A program made the translations under genes and the position numbers. A stretch of DNA of 64,000 nucleotides, taken from the NCBI GenBank assembly GCA_963678065.2, contig CAXXVZ010000003.1, forward strand, positions 544,001 to 608,000, read 5' to 3'. Below are positions 29,423 to 38,603 of this stretch, in pieces. Position 1 is the stretch's first letter. Each line of letters opens with the position of its first letter. The notes under the pieces were generated by a model. That model had not been told where the DNA came from and searched no databases. It saw only the letters and a list, made by a program, of their open reading frames with translations. Origin of the DNA: Treponemataceae bacterium. Its GTDB lineage: Bacteria > Spirochaetota > Spirochaetia > Treponematales > Rectinemataceae.

Positions 29423-30624
29423 CTGTGTATCTCCTGTATGCTCGCATCGAGTTCTCCCTCTGCAAACCGCACCTGCAGCGCCTCGCCGAGGGCCAGACCC
29501 TCCACGCTTCTGAGGGCGCGCCCCGTTTTCATCCGCCGCACGATGGCAAAACCGCGCTCCATGACAGCCTGCGGACTCGACAGTTCGAGATCGCGCCGCG
29601 CGCGGTCGAGCCGATGCGCGCTGGAGGTGAGGATCTCGGCCATACTCCGCGAAAGGCAGTCCCTGGATTCGGCCTCCCTTCTCGCCAGCGGGGAGACCAG
29701 CCTCATGAAGTAGGCTTCCACCGCCCCCGGATCGAAACGCATGACCAGGCTGCGCGTGGCATCGAGCCGTGAACGCATCGAAGCTTCGAGTCCTGCGGCG
29801 AGCTGCCCGATCTCGCGGGCGATGACGGCGCGGCTTTCGGAAACAAGCTCGGCGGCGGCGCTCGGCGTGGGGGCCCGAAGATCGGCGGCAAAATCGCAGA
29901 GAGACCAGTCGGTCTCGTGTCCGACGGCGCTTATGACGGGGATGCGTGAACCTGCGACGGCGCGCACGACAGCTTCATCCGAGAAGGCGAGAAGGTCCTC
30001 GAGCGAGCCTCCGCCCCGGCCGATTATGATGACATCCCCGAGCGCGAAGTGGTTGGCCTCTTCTATCCGCGAGACTAGTTCAGCCGGGGCAGCCGCCCCC
30101 TGCACCGCGGCCGGCAGGATGACGATGTCGACGCCGCAGTTGCGACGCTTCAGGATCGAAAGAATGTCGCGGATGGCGGCTCCCCCAGGAGAGGTGATGA
30201 CGGCGACGCGGGAAGGCAGGCGGGGCAGGGGACGCTTGCGCTCCTGATCGAAGAGCCCCTCCGAGGCGAGCAGGCGCTTTCTCTCTTCCAGCTCGGCGAG
30301 GATGTCGCCGAGTCCCGCCTGCCGCATGGATTCCACGAGAATCTGATAGTTGCCCCTCGGCGGATAGACCGTGATGGAGCCGAAGGCCTTCACCTTCATG
30401 CCATCCCGGGGCTCGAAGCCGAGGCTGCGCGACTTGAAGCGGAACATGACGGCCTGGATCATGGCGCCTGGGTCTTTCAGGTTGAAGTAGAGGTGCCCCG
30501 AGCTCGCGCTCTTGCAGTTCGATATCTCGCCCACGATTGTGATGGACTGGAATCGTCCTTCAAGGCTTTCGCGGATGAGTCCCGTAATCTCCGATACGCT
30601 GTAGCTGTCCTGCGCAATTTTCAT
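29419..30624 (-). CDS. xseA: exodeoxyribonuclease VII large subunit
   Basis: GEISN..SGHLYFNLKD, VITSPGGAAIRD, RGGGSLEDL, SAVGHETD, APTPSAAAE. Confidence 0.96.
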   Translation of the reverse strand: MKIAQDSYSVSEITGLIRESLEGRFQSITIVGEISNCKSASSGHLYFNLKDPGAMIQAVMFRFKSRSLGFEPRDGMKVKAFGSITVYPPRGNYQILVESMRQAGLGDILAELEERKRLLASEGLFDQERKRPLPRLPSRVAVITSPGGAAIRDILSILKRRNCGVDIVILPAAVQGAAAPAELVSRIEEANHFALGDVIIIGRGGGSLEDLLAFSDEAVVRAVAGSRIPVISAVGHETDWSLCDFAADLRAPTPSAAAELVSESRAVIAREIGQLAAGLEASMRSRLDATRSLVMRFDPGAVEAYFMRLVSPLARREAESRDCLSRSMAEILTSSAHRLDRARRDLELSSPQAVMERGFAIVRRMKTGRALRSVEGLALGEALQVRFAEGELDASIQEIHR

Positions 30625-30796
30625 GCTTTACCTTGTGCTGCACTGGTTTTCGGCGCACGTCATCCAGATCTCGATTCCCGTCCGCGACAAGGAGGGCGAC
30701 GGTGTAGTGAAGGCTTCGCGAAAGGGCATGACCCATTCTAGCCTGAACTCGAGTGTCTGGCGCAAGAGGCGGCGATGAAGTAGACTGTGAGCCACC

Positions 30797-33301
30797 ATGA
30801 ACCCGCACGATCTGCCAGTATATCAGCAAAAAGATAAAATCCTTGAAGCCCTTGAATCGAACCAGGTTATCGTCGTCGAGAGCCCGACCGGATCGGGAAA
30901 GACTACTCAGCTTCCCGTAATCCTCCATGAGGCAGGCTTCTCGCGCTACGGCCTCATAGGCGTCACCCAGCCCCGAAGGATCGCGGCCCTCTCCGTCAGC
31001 GATTATATTGCCCGCCAGCTCGGCACACAGGTGCCCGGACTCGTCGGGTACAAGATGCGCTTCGAAGACAAAACTGACCACACGACGGCCATCAAAATCA
31101 TGACAGACGGCATCCTCCTCCAGGAAATGAAACTGGACCCGGCGCTCTCCAGATATTCCGTCATCATGGTCGACGAGGCACACGAGCGGAGCCTCAACAT
31201 CGATTTCGTCCTGGGACTCCTCAAACGCGTCATCGAGGCGCGCCCGGAGTTCAAGGTCATCGTTTCGTCGGCGACAATCAACGCCGAGGTCTTCTCCGAA
31301 TTCTTCGGCGAGTGCCCTGTCGTGAAGATCGACACCCAGGTCTATCCCGTCACCGTAATCTACGATCCGCCCGCTCTTGCCGCCCCCGGAGAAGGCAACG
31401 ATGCTCTCATGGAGAAGATCGAACAGATCGTCTCCCGGATCATCAATGAGGAGAGGGAAGGGGACATCCTCGTCTTCCTCCCTGGAGAACGCGCCATAAA
31501 GGACTGCTGGAAGCGTCTGGCTTACTGTCCGGTCGGAGCCCGCCTTCACTTCATACCCCTCTACGCCAGGCTCGGAAAGGACGAGCAGGAGCGCGTCTTC
31601 GAGAAAGCTCCCGAAGGCCTCGTCAAGATCGTCATCTCGACGAACATCGCCGAGACCAGCGTCACGATAGACGGAGTGACGAGCGTGATCGATTCCGGGC
31701 TCGCCAAGCTCAACTACTACAACCCGCGCACCTTCACGTCGAGCCTCATCGAGACGCCGACATCCAAGGCCTCGTCGAATCAGCGGAAGGGAAGGGCGGG
31801 GCGCACGAGACCCGGCACCTGCTACCGCCTCTATCCGCGTCAGGATTTCGAGAACAGGCCACTTTTCACCACTGAGGAGATATACCGCACCGACCTCTCG
31901 GAAGTTGTCCTCAGGATGGCGGAACTCGGAATAACCGAATTCGACCGTTTCGAGTTCATCTCCCAGCCGGCCAAATCGGGGCTCGCGGGCGCCGTCGACA
32001 TCCTCAACCTCCTGGACGCCCTCACGCCGGACAATGGGCTCTCGCCCGTCGGCGAGATGATGTGCGCATTCCCCCTCCTGCCGAGACTCTCCCGGATGAT
32101 TGTGGAGTCCATCCGCAGCTACCCCTCGGTGATCGAGGAAGTCCTCATCGCGGCGAGTTTCCTGTCCACGATGAGCCCTTACATTCTTCCTCCGGGCGAG
32201 GAGATGGACGCGCGCCGGGCCCACCACGCATTCCGGGATCCTTTCGGGGATTTCGTCTCCTACCTGAAAATGTTCAGGGCCTTCAGGGATGCTCCCGACA
32301 AGACGCGCTACTGCGAGAAGAACTACCTCGACCTCCGCACTATGTACGAGATCCAGAGAATCAAGGAGCAGATTGAACTCATCGTCTCCTCACTCGGCGT
32401 GCCCGTCTCGGGCGGCGGATCGCACGAGGACTACCTCTGCGCCGTGAGCCGCGGGCTCATCCAGTTTGTCTGCGAGCGCCAGGACCGCGGGCTCTTCCGC
32501 TCGCTCACCGCCGAGAAGATCCAGATCCACCCCGGCTCCGTGATGTTCAGGGAGAATCCCGAGTTCATCGTCGCCGGCGAAATTGTCAGGACGACGCGCA
32601 TGTACGCGATGTCGGTCTCTCCCCTCGACAGGGACATGCTCGCGCGAATTTCGCCCCGCCTCGCGAAGGGTTTCGGGACGAAGCTGCGCGGCCAGGCAGG
32701 CAGACCGAAGGAGCGCAAGGAGAAGGCCGCCGAGAGGGATTTCACCAACAAAATCAAGATTGGGGGCGAAGTCTTCGAGATCCACATCGAGAAAGGGAAG
32801 AAAAAAGTCGTCGTGCTCGATTGGCCATCTTATTCCCGGGCGCGGGCCTCCATCGACATAGATTCCGCGGCAGGTATGTACAAGGGGCTCAAGGCCTGCG
32901 TCACCTACGGGAAGTACAGCCTCATGGATGGAGAAAAGCTCGAAGTCGCCCTGAAGGTGGCAGCCGGTCTCGATCCCGAGCGCGATCTTTCGGAAAATCT
33001 GCCCTCGAGACAGAACCTCGTCATGCCGGACGACGCCGAGGCCCTCATGGGCGGCCTCGACTGGGTGTTCCGGCTCGCGAAGCACAAAGGGAAAACCGCC
33101 GAGCTCGGATTCATAGCTCTGTATACGGATACCGAGGGAGCCTACTGGTTCCGCGTCTCCCGCGGCTTCCACACGGCCCTCAATGAGAGCCTCGCCTCGC
33201 TGGAGGCGCTCGCCGATGCGCTCGGCGATCACGCTCCAGCTTCCTGGCGCGAGAAGGTCGGGGCGCTGTACCGCAGGCTCTCCTCCTTCATCGAAGGCTG
33301 A
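30797..33301 (+). CDS. HrpA-like DEAH-box RNA helicase
   Basis: PTGSGKTTQLP, TQPRRIAA, DEAHERS, SAT, TNIAETS, QRKGRAGR. Confidence 0.93.
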   Translation: MNPHDLPVYQQKDKILEALESNQVIVVESPTGSGKTTQLPVILHEAGFSRYGLIGVTQPRRIAALSVSDYIARQLGTQVPGLVGYKMRFEDKTDHTTAIKIMTDGILLQEMKLDPALSRYSVIMVDEAHERSLNIDFVLGLLKRVIEARPEFKVIVSSATINAEVFSEFFGECPVVKIDTQVYPVTVIYDPPALAAPGEGNDALMEKIEQIVSRIINEEREGDILVFLPGERAIKDCWKRLAYCPVGARLHFIPLYARLGKDEQERVFEKAPEGLVKIVISTNIAETSVTIDGVTSVIDSGLAKLNYYNPRTFTSSLIETPTSKASSNQRKGRAGRTRPGTCYRLYPRQDFENRPLFTTEEIYRTDLSEVVLRMAELGITEFDRFEFISQPAKSGLAGAVDILNLLDALTPDNGLSPVGEMMCAFPLLPRLSRMIVESIRSYPSVIEEVLIAASFLSTMSPYILPPGEEMDARRAHHAFRDPFGDFVSYLKMFRAFRDAPDKTRYCEKNYLDLRTMYEIQRIKEQIELIVSSLGVPVSGGGSHEDYLCAVSRGLIQFVCERQDRGLFRSLTAEKIQIHPGSVMFRENPEFIVAGEIVRTTRMYAMSVSPLDRDMLARISPRLAKGFGTKLRGQAGRPKERKEKAAERDFTNKIKIGGEVFEIHIEKGKKKVVVLDWPSYSRARASIDIDSAAGMYKGLKACVTYGKYSLMDGEKLEVALKVAAGLDPERDLSENLPSRQNLVMPDDAEALMGGLDWVFRLAKHKGKTAELGFIALYTDTEGAYWFRVSRGFHTALNESLASLEALADALGDHAPASWREKVGALYRRLSSFIEG

Positions 33302-33334
33302 GCGCGTCCGGCAACCTTGGCACGCGGTCAGTGG

Positions 33335-34111
33335 TCAGGATTTCACGAACATCAGCTCCCAGACAGCCCGCCCGACGCCTTTTGCTCTGGCCTCGAACTT
33401 GGTTTCGGGGCGCCATTCCTGGCGCGGCGCGAACCCGTCGTGACTGTTGACGAGGCCGTCGGTCCGTGAAAGTACATCGAGGGCCTGATTGGCGTAGTCC
33501 TCGATGTCGGTCACGAAATAGAGGTACCCACCTGGCGAGAGCCGGGAGGCGAGCAGCCCGGACAGGCCGTCGCGGATGAGCCTGCGCTTGTTGTGCCGTT
33601 TTTTCTGCCAGGGATCCGGATAGAAGATGTGATAGCCGGCGAGTGATCCGGGCGCGATGATTTTCTCCAGAACCTCGACGACATCGTGGTTGATGATGCG
33701 CAGGTTGCCTATCTTTTCGCGCTCGATGTCGATGAGGAGCTTTCCGACTCCCGGCGTGTGGACCTCGACCCCGAGATAGTTCATTTCGGGGCGGGCGAGG
33801 GCTATCCTCCATGTCGCCTGCCCCATGCCAAAGCCGATCTCCATGACAACAGGTGCGCCGTTTCCGAAGGCGGCCGGGAAATCGAGGATCGCATCCGGTT
33901 CGAAGGGAATGACGTAGCGGGGTCCCAGGGCCGCTATCGCCTCCTTCTGGGCCTCGGTCATCCTTCCGGTCCGGAGGACATAGGTGCGGATGCCTCTGTC
34001 CGCGACGACTGCTGTCCGGGCTCTGTCCTGCCCGCCTGAGCCTGTCGCGGGACCTGCGGAGTGGAGGGTGTCGGCGGGGTCAGGGCTGCCGGGGATTTCG
34101 CGCGAGTCCAT
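33335..34111 (-). CDS. trmB: tRNA (guanine-N7)-methyltransferase
   Basis: EIGFGMG, GVEVH, YPDPWQKKRHNKRRL, TD..DY, TKFE. Confidence 0.95.
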   Translation of the reverse strand: MDSREIPGSPDPADTLHSAGPATGSGGQDRARTAVVADRGIRTYVLRTGRMTEAQKEAIAALGPRYVIPFEPDAILDFPAAFGNGAPVVMEIGFGMGQATWRIALARPEMNYLGVEVHTPGVGKLLIDIEREKIGNLRIINHDVVEVLEKIIAPGSLAGYHIFYPDPWQKKRHNKRRLIRDGLSGLLASRLSPGGYLYFVTDIEDYANQALDVLSRTDGLVNSHDGFAPRQEWRPETKFEARAKGVGRAVWELMFVKS

Positions 34112-34119
34112 GTCGCCCC

Positions 34120-35439
34120 TCACGCCGCCCCTCTTCCGGTCGACGCCAGCACGAAGGCGACGGCGGCTTCCGGGCTCGAGGTCTCCGTCGTCTCGCGCGT
34201 CGCGAGATCCTTCACGGGAAGGACGCCCCGCGCTTTTTCTCCGCTTCCAAGGACAATGGCGAAGCGGATTCCCTTCTTTTCCGCGTACCCGAACTGCTGG
34301 GCAAGTTTCTTCTGCTCGGGGAACACCTCCGCGATGAGTCCGAGGCTCCGCAGCCGTGCCGCGATCCTCTGGTATTCAGGCGCGAGGCTTTCATCCATGT
34401 TGAGGACAAGGATCGACGGAGAGCCCGACTTTGCGCGCGAGGTCCCGATGACGTCGAGGGCGGCCATGAGCCGGTCGAGCCCGACCGAGGCGCCGACGCC
34501 GGGCAGCCTGCGCGTGGTGTAGAGAGAAGCCAGCTCGTCGTATCGGCCGCCCGAGCAGACCGAACCTATCTGGGGGAGCGCTTCGAGCGTCGTCTCGAAG
34601 ACCATGCCGGTATAGTAATCGAGCCCCCTCGTGATCGAGGGGTCGAGCACGAGGCGGTCTTTCGCGCCTGCAGCCCCGGCAGCGGCGAGAACGGCCCTCA
34701 CCCTGTCGCTGTCGGCCGCCGGCCCTCCCGCCATCGATTCGATCTTGGCGAGAGTGGCGAGGGCGTAGTCTTCCTTCCGGATGAAATCCATGACGAGCCC
34801 GGCGGACTCTGCGCCCAGGTCCAGAGCGAGCTGGCTCTGGACCTGGGCGGGGCCTATCTTCTCGAGCTTGTCGACGAGGCGGAGTACCGCCACGGATTTC
34901 TCGCCCGCGCCGAGCCGGGTCAGGAAGCGGTTGAAAATTCCTCTGTGGTTTATCCTGATGCAAAACCCTCCCACTTCCAGCGCGCGCATCGCGGCATCGA
35001 TCACGAGCACGATGTCGGCGTCCGCCATGGCCGAATCGACTCCGACGATGTCGAAATCGCACTGCATGAACTCGCGGTAGCGTCCGCGCTGGGTGTTCTC
35101 GCCGCGCCAGACCTTAGCCACGTGGAAGCGGCGGAAGGGCAGGTAGAGTTCGTCGACGTGTTCGGCCATGAAACGCGCGAAAGGCACAGTCAGGTCGAAG
35201 CGCATGGCGACCTCGCGTCCGCCGTTGTCGGTGAAGTGGTAGACCTGCTTGTCAGTTTCGCCGCCTCCCTTGCCGAGGAGGATCTCCGCGTATTCCAGGA
35301 CGGGCGTATCGATGGGAACGAATCCGAAAGATCCGAAGGTCTTTTCCAGGATGGCGACGAGCGCCTTGCGCCCGGCTTCGGATTCGGGCAAAAAGTCGCG
35401 GAATCCCTTGAGGACCCGCGGCTGGATGATGTCGGCCAT
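34120..35439 (-). CDS. hisS: histidine--tRNA ligase
   Basis: KGFRDFLP, RFDLTVP, GRYREFMQCDFD, RGLDYYTG, GGRYD; AAGGAG SD. Confidence 0.97.
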   Translation of the reverse strand: MADIIQPRVLKGFRDFLPESEAGRKALVAILEKTFGSFGFVPIDTPVLEYAEILLGKGGGETDKQVYHFTDNGGREVAMRFDLTVPFARFMAEHVDELYLPFRRFHVAKVWRGENTQRGRYREFMQCDFDIVGVDSAMADADIVLVIDAAMRALEVGGFCIRINHRGIFNRFLTRLGAGEKSVAVLRLVDKLEKIGPAQVQSQLALDLGAESAGLVMDFIRKEDYALATLAKIESMAGGPAADSDRVRAVLAAAGAAGAKDRLVLDPSITRGLDYYTGMVFETTLEALPQIGSVCSGGRYDELASLYTTRRLPGVGASVGLDRLMAALDVIGTSRAKSGSPSILVLNMDESLAPEYQRIAARLRSLGLIAEVFPEQKKLAQQFGYAEKKGIRFAIVLGSGEKARGVLPVKDLATRETTETSSPEAAVAFVLASTGRGAA

Positions 35440-35603
35440 GTCTGCTCCTTGGTTTTCTTCATTATGGAAAAAAGAAGGGCGCGGATCAAGCGCGTCCGCC
35501 GCTGCCCCCGGCCACAGGTCCTGCCACCGCGGCCCGCTCTGTCGCTGAGCTCCGTGGCCCCGGCGCCTTGCCATTGTCAGCTCTTTGTGGTACAAGTTAT
35601 TCG

Positions 35604-35648
35604 CCTCTTTATCCGCCCGTATGGGCGGATCCCAAGTCCATAGGGAGG
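35604..35648 (+). promoter_or_regulatory. putative rpsF leader RNA (S6:S18 autoregulatory type)
   Basis: CCTCTTT can pair with SD AGGGAGG, enclosing hairpin ATCCGCCC-GTAT-GGGCGGAT and a CC-containing loop. Confidence 0.55.
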
Positions 35649-35652
35649 AACC

Positions 35653-35934
35653 ATGAGACAATACGAACTTGTCGCCATCTTTCCGTCGGAAGAAGATCTT
35701 TTCCGACAGGGAAGGGAGACAGTCGCGGCCGAACTCGTAAAAGAAGGCGCGACGGACATCAAGGAAGACGACATGGGCGACAGACAGCTCGCCTATGTCA
35801 TCAAGAAACGCGAGCGCGGACACTACATCCTGTTCACGATGAACCTCGATCCGCAGAAAGTCACGCCGATCGAAAAAGCTTTCAAGCTCAATCCCAATGT
35901 CCTCAAGTACCTTTTCGTCAAGGTAGAGGCCTGA
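35653..35934 (+). CDS. rpsF: 30S ribosomal protein S6
   Basis: MRQYEL...MGDRQLAYVIKK..GHY. Confidence 0.97.
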   Translation: MRQYELVAIFPSEEDLFRQGRETVAAELVKEGATDIKEDDMGDRQLAYVIKKRERGHYILFTMNLDPQKVTPIEKAFKLNPNVLKYLFVKVEA

Positions 35935-35959
35935 TTCCAGGCCGGGAGATCAACACAAG

Positions 35960-36490
35960 GTGAGCGAAACCAACGTCGTAGTACTGGTCGGAAGATTGAC
36001 CCGCGATGCAGAACTGAAATACACCAAGTCGGGAATGGCCCTCAGCACCTTCGCGATAGCCCTCAACAGGCGCATCAAACAGGGTGAGGAGTGGGTCGAC
36101 GAGGCCAATTTCTTCGATATCAATTATTGGGGAAAGGGAGCTGAGTCCGTGAGCCAGTACCTCACGAAGGGAAAGCAGGTCGCGATTCAGGGCGAACTCC
36201 GCCAGGACAGATGGGAGCAGGATGGACAGTCCCGAAGCAAGGTCGTCATCCACGCGAACAATGTCCAGCTTCTGGGCAGCTCCGGAACCTCCGGATCCCA
36301 GGGCATGTCGTCCGGAGGCGGTCAGGTTGCCAACGAAAGGGGCGGCGCCAGGCCATATGCCAATCCCGCGCAGACAGGCGGACAGACCGGATACCAGCAG
36401 ACCCCGAAACCTCTGAATCCGGTAAAAAGCTTTCCCAATCAGGGCGGTGCACCCGCCAACGACGATTTCACCGACGATATCCCATTCTAA
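35960..36490 (+). CDS. ssb: single-stranded DNA-binding protein
   Basis: VVLVGRLTRDAEL, YLTKGKQV, C-terminal DDIPF. Confidence 0.97.
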   Translation: MSETNVVVLVGRLTRDAELKYTKSGMALSTFAIALNRRIKQGEEWVDEANFFDINYWGKGAESVSQYLTKGKQVAIQGELRQDRWEQDGQSRSKVVIHANNVQLLGSSGTSGSQGMSSGGGQVANERGGARPYANPAQTGGQTGYQQTPKPLNPVKSFPNQGGAPANDDFTDDIPF

Positions 36491-36508
36491 TCCAAGGAGA
36501 ACACACTT

Positions 36509-36820
36509 ATGTCCGATACACGCGATCAGATGGATAGCCGCCGCCCGGATGGCGATTCCGATCAGCGCCGCGATGGAGAAGAGCGCGGCTCCGGCCCCCG
36601 CAGGGGAAAAGGCTTCTTCAAAAAGAAGGTCTGCAAATTCTGCGTCCAGAAGCTCAAGGTCAACTACAAGGACCTCGATGTCCTCAAGCGCTTCGTGACC
36701 GAACGCGGAAAGATCCTTCCCCGCCGCATCACCGGGACCTGCTCCAAGCATCAGCGCTTCCTCGCGGTCAGCATCAAGCGTGCCCGCGCCATCGCGACCC
36801 TTCCCTACGTCGCGAAGTAA
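36509..36820 (+). CDS. rpsR: 30S ribosomal protein S18 (Zn-motif form, N-terminal extension)
   Basis: [34 protein letters not shown]. Confidence 0.97.
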   Translation: MSDTRDQMDSRRPDGDSDQRRDGEERGSGPRRGKGFFKKKVCKFCVQKLKVNYKDLDVLKRFVTERGKILPRRITGTCSKHQRFLAVSIKRARAIATLPYVAK

Positions 36821-36841
36821 GAGCAAGAAAGGCTGACGCTC

Positions 36842-37849
36842 ATGACCGAAACGACAGGAAACCGGGACAGGCGGATGCTGGTCGCTTCCATTGCGGCCGG
36901 ACTCGCTTCCGGTATCCTCTACCTCTCCCTGGCCCTGGCCATATTCTTCCTCCTCCCCGTCCAGATCGTTTTCGGACGTTCCGGCAGGAAGGCGGGAATG
37001 ATTGCGGCCTGCGCGGCGATCGCGGTGATCGGCGCGGGCCAGGTGTGGAGAATGGTCGGACTCGGCATGACGGACGCGGCTTCGCTGGCCTTCGCCCTGG
37101 TACCGCCGGCAATCCTCACGGGTTCGCTGGTGGCGCTCAATGCCTCCCTTGGGGGAGCCTTCTGGGGGAAGGTCGATCCCCTGTTCCGCGCCCTCGCGGT
37201 CACCCTCGTGCTCGCGCTCGCCGCCCTGCCCCTCGTTCTCGATCTCGGTCGGGACGGGGCCTTCACATCCCTTCTCGAGGAGAGCATCGGAGCCCTCACG
37301 GCGCCCCTGACAAAGAACCTCGGAGAGGGATATGAGGCACAGGTCCTCGCCGCATCACTCGACGTGAAGAACCTCGTCGCCGAAGCGAAAAACATTCTCG
37401 CTTCAAGCTATGTGGTATTCATTTTCGTGCTCGACGCCGGCAGCTGGTGGCTGGGTTCCAGGCTCTCCGGAGCCGGCAGCACCGGCAGGAAAAACCTTCC
37501 CGCCCTGCGCGATTTCCGTATTCCCTACGCACTCCTGTGGCCCGTTCTGGGCGCATGGGCAGGTGTTTTCGCTTCTCTGGCCTTTTCTTTAAAGGGATGG
37601 TTCCCGGCATGTGCCTGGAACACAGCCCTTGTGCTTTCACTGTGTTACGCCGCGCAGGGAGTGGGGGTACTGTCCCACTTGCTTTCCAGGCGCAACCTAC
37701 CGGGAATCACGCGATTGGCCGTCGCCCTGACGGTTCTCATCATGCTGGTCAGCCCCGTTGCGGGCGGCCTTCTGGCGGGAGCCCTTGCGATTCTCGGCAT
37801 CACAGAGGTATGGATACCGTACCGAAACCCTAAAGGAGTCGGAGCATGA
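36842..37849 (+). CDS. DUF2232/YybS-like membrane protein
   Basis: Multi-TM, YAAQGVG motif, position between rpsR and rplI. Confidence 0.75.
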   Translation: MTETTGNRDRRMLVASIAAGLASGILYLSLALAIFFLLPVQIVFGRSGRKAGMIAACAAIAVIGAGQVWRMVGLGMTDAASLAFALVPPAILTGSLVALNASLGGAFWGKVDPLFRALAVTLVLALAALPLVLDLGRDGAFTSLLEESIGALTAPLTKNLGEGYEAQVLAASLDVKNLVAEAKNILASSYVVFIFVLDAGSWWLGSRLSGAGSTGRKNLPALRDFRIPYALLWPVLGAWAGVFASLAFSLKGWFPACAWNTALVLSLCYAAQGVGVLSHLLSRRNLPGITRLAVALTVLIMLVSPVAGGLLAGALAILGITEVWIPYRNPKGVGA

Positions 37850-38442
37850 AAGTCATCCTCAGTCAGGACGTTCCGAATCTCGGCGAGCTCGGAGACGTCA
37901 AGGACGTATCTCCCGGTTACGCCCGCAATTATCTTCTTCCCAGGAACTATGTTCTGGTTTACAACCGCGGCACCGTCACGCTCTTCGAAAAGCGCAAGGC
38001 GGAAATCGAGGCGATGAAGGAAGCCAAACGCAGATCCAGCATGTCCCTCAAGGAAAAGCTCGAATCCGAAGAAATTCAGATTCAGGTTCCTGCTGGCGCC
38101 AACGGCAAGCTCTACGGAGCCGTCACCAACGCCACTGTCGCCGACGAACTTCTCAAGAGAGGAATCGAAGTCGACCGCAAGAAGATCGAAGTCCCCGGTC
38201 GCTCCATCAAGAGCACCGGCAACTACAAGGTCCTCGTCCGCCTCTACGAGAAGGAAGAAGCGACCATCCGGATTTCCATCGCCGGACAAGAGATCAAGGC
38301 AGAGGTCAGGGCCGAAGACGAAAACGCTCCCCGCCGCAGGGAGAGGGCTGCCCGCCGCCGCGTAGAAGAGGCCGAGCCGACCACTCTCGAAGAGCAGGCT
38401 GCGGCTTTCGAGGCCGCCGTCTCCGCCGGTCGCATGAACTGA
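37846..38442 (+). CDS. rplI: 50S ribosomal protein L9 with C-terminal extension
   Basis: MKVIL..LGELGDVKDVSPGYARNYLLP, GKLYGAVT. Confidence 0.97.
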   Translation: MKVILSQDVPNLGELGDVKDVSPGYARNYLLPRNYVLVYNRGTVTLFEKRKAEIEAMKEAKRRSSMSLKEKLESEEIQIQVPAGANGKLYGAVTNATVADELLKRGIEVDRKKIEVPGRSIKSTGNYKVLVRLYEKEEATIRISIAGQEIKAEVRAEDENAPRRRERAARRRVEEAEPTTLEEQAAAFEAAVSAGRMN

Positions 38443-38521
38443 GTTTTCCTCCGGACCGAAAGTCCGGAGATCCGCGCCGGGGATAAGGAAGACCACAGCG
38501 GTGCGTCTTTCTCGCCCGGAG

Positions 38522-38589
38522 AAACCGGGGTGGGGGAGCGGATTGTCGCGCAGGCGCGGCGATTTCGATTCTCCCTCCCCGGTTTTTTT
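38522..38589 (+). terminator. long imperfect hairpin with U-tract after rplI
   Basis: AAACCGGGG...CCCCGGTTT closing stem followed by a T-run. Confidence 0.55.
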
Positions 38590-38597
38590 GCTATACT
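38589..38597 (+). promoter_or_regulatory. extended -10 promoter for dnaB (leaderless geometry)
   Basis: TGcTATACT 6 nt before the ATG; no SD. Confidence 0.6.
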
Positions 38598-38603
38598 CCC
38601 GTC

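Noticed and set aside
30560..32227. Long antisense ORFs (also 1609-3069, 24217-25305, 54920-56431)
   Set aside because: They mirror well-supported genes, as expected in GC-rich DNA, and show no recognisable motifs.
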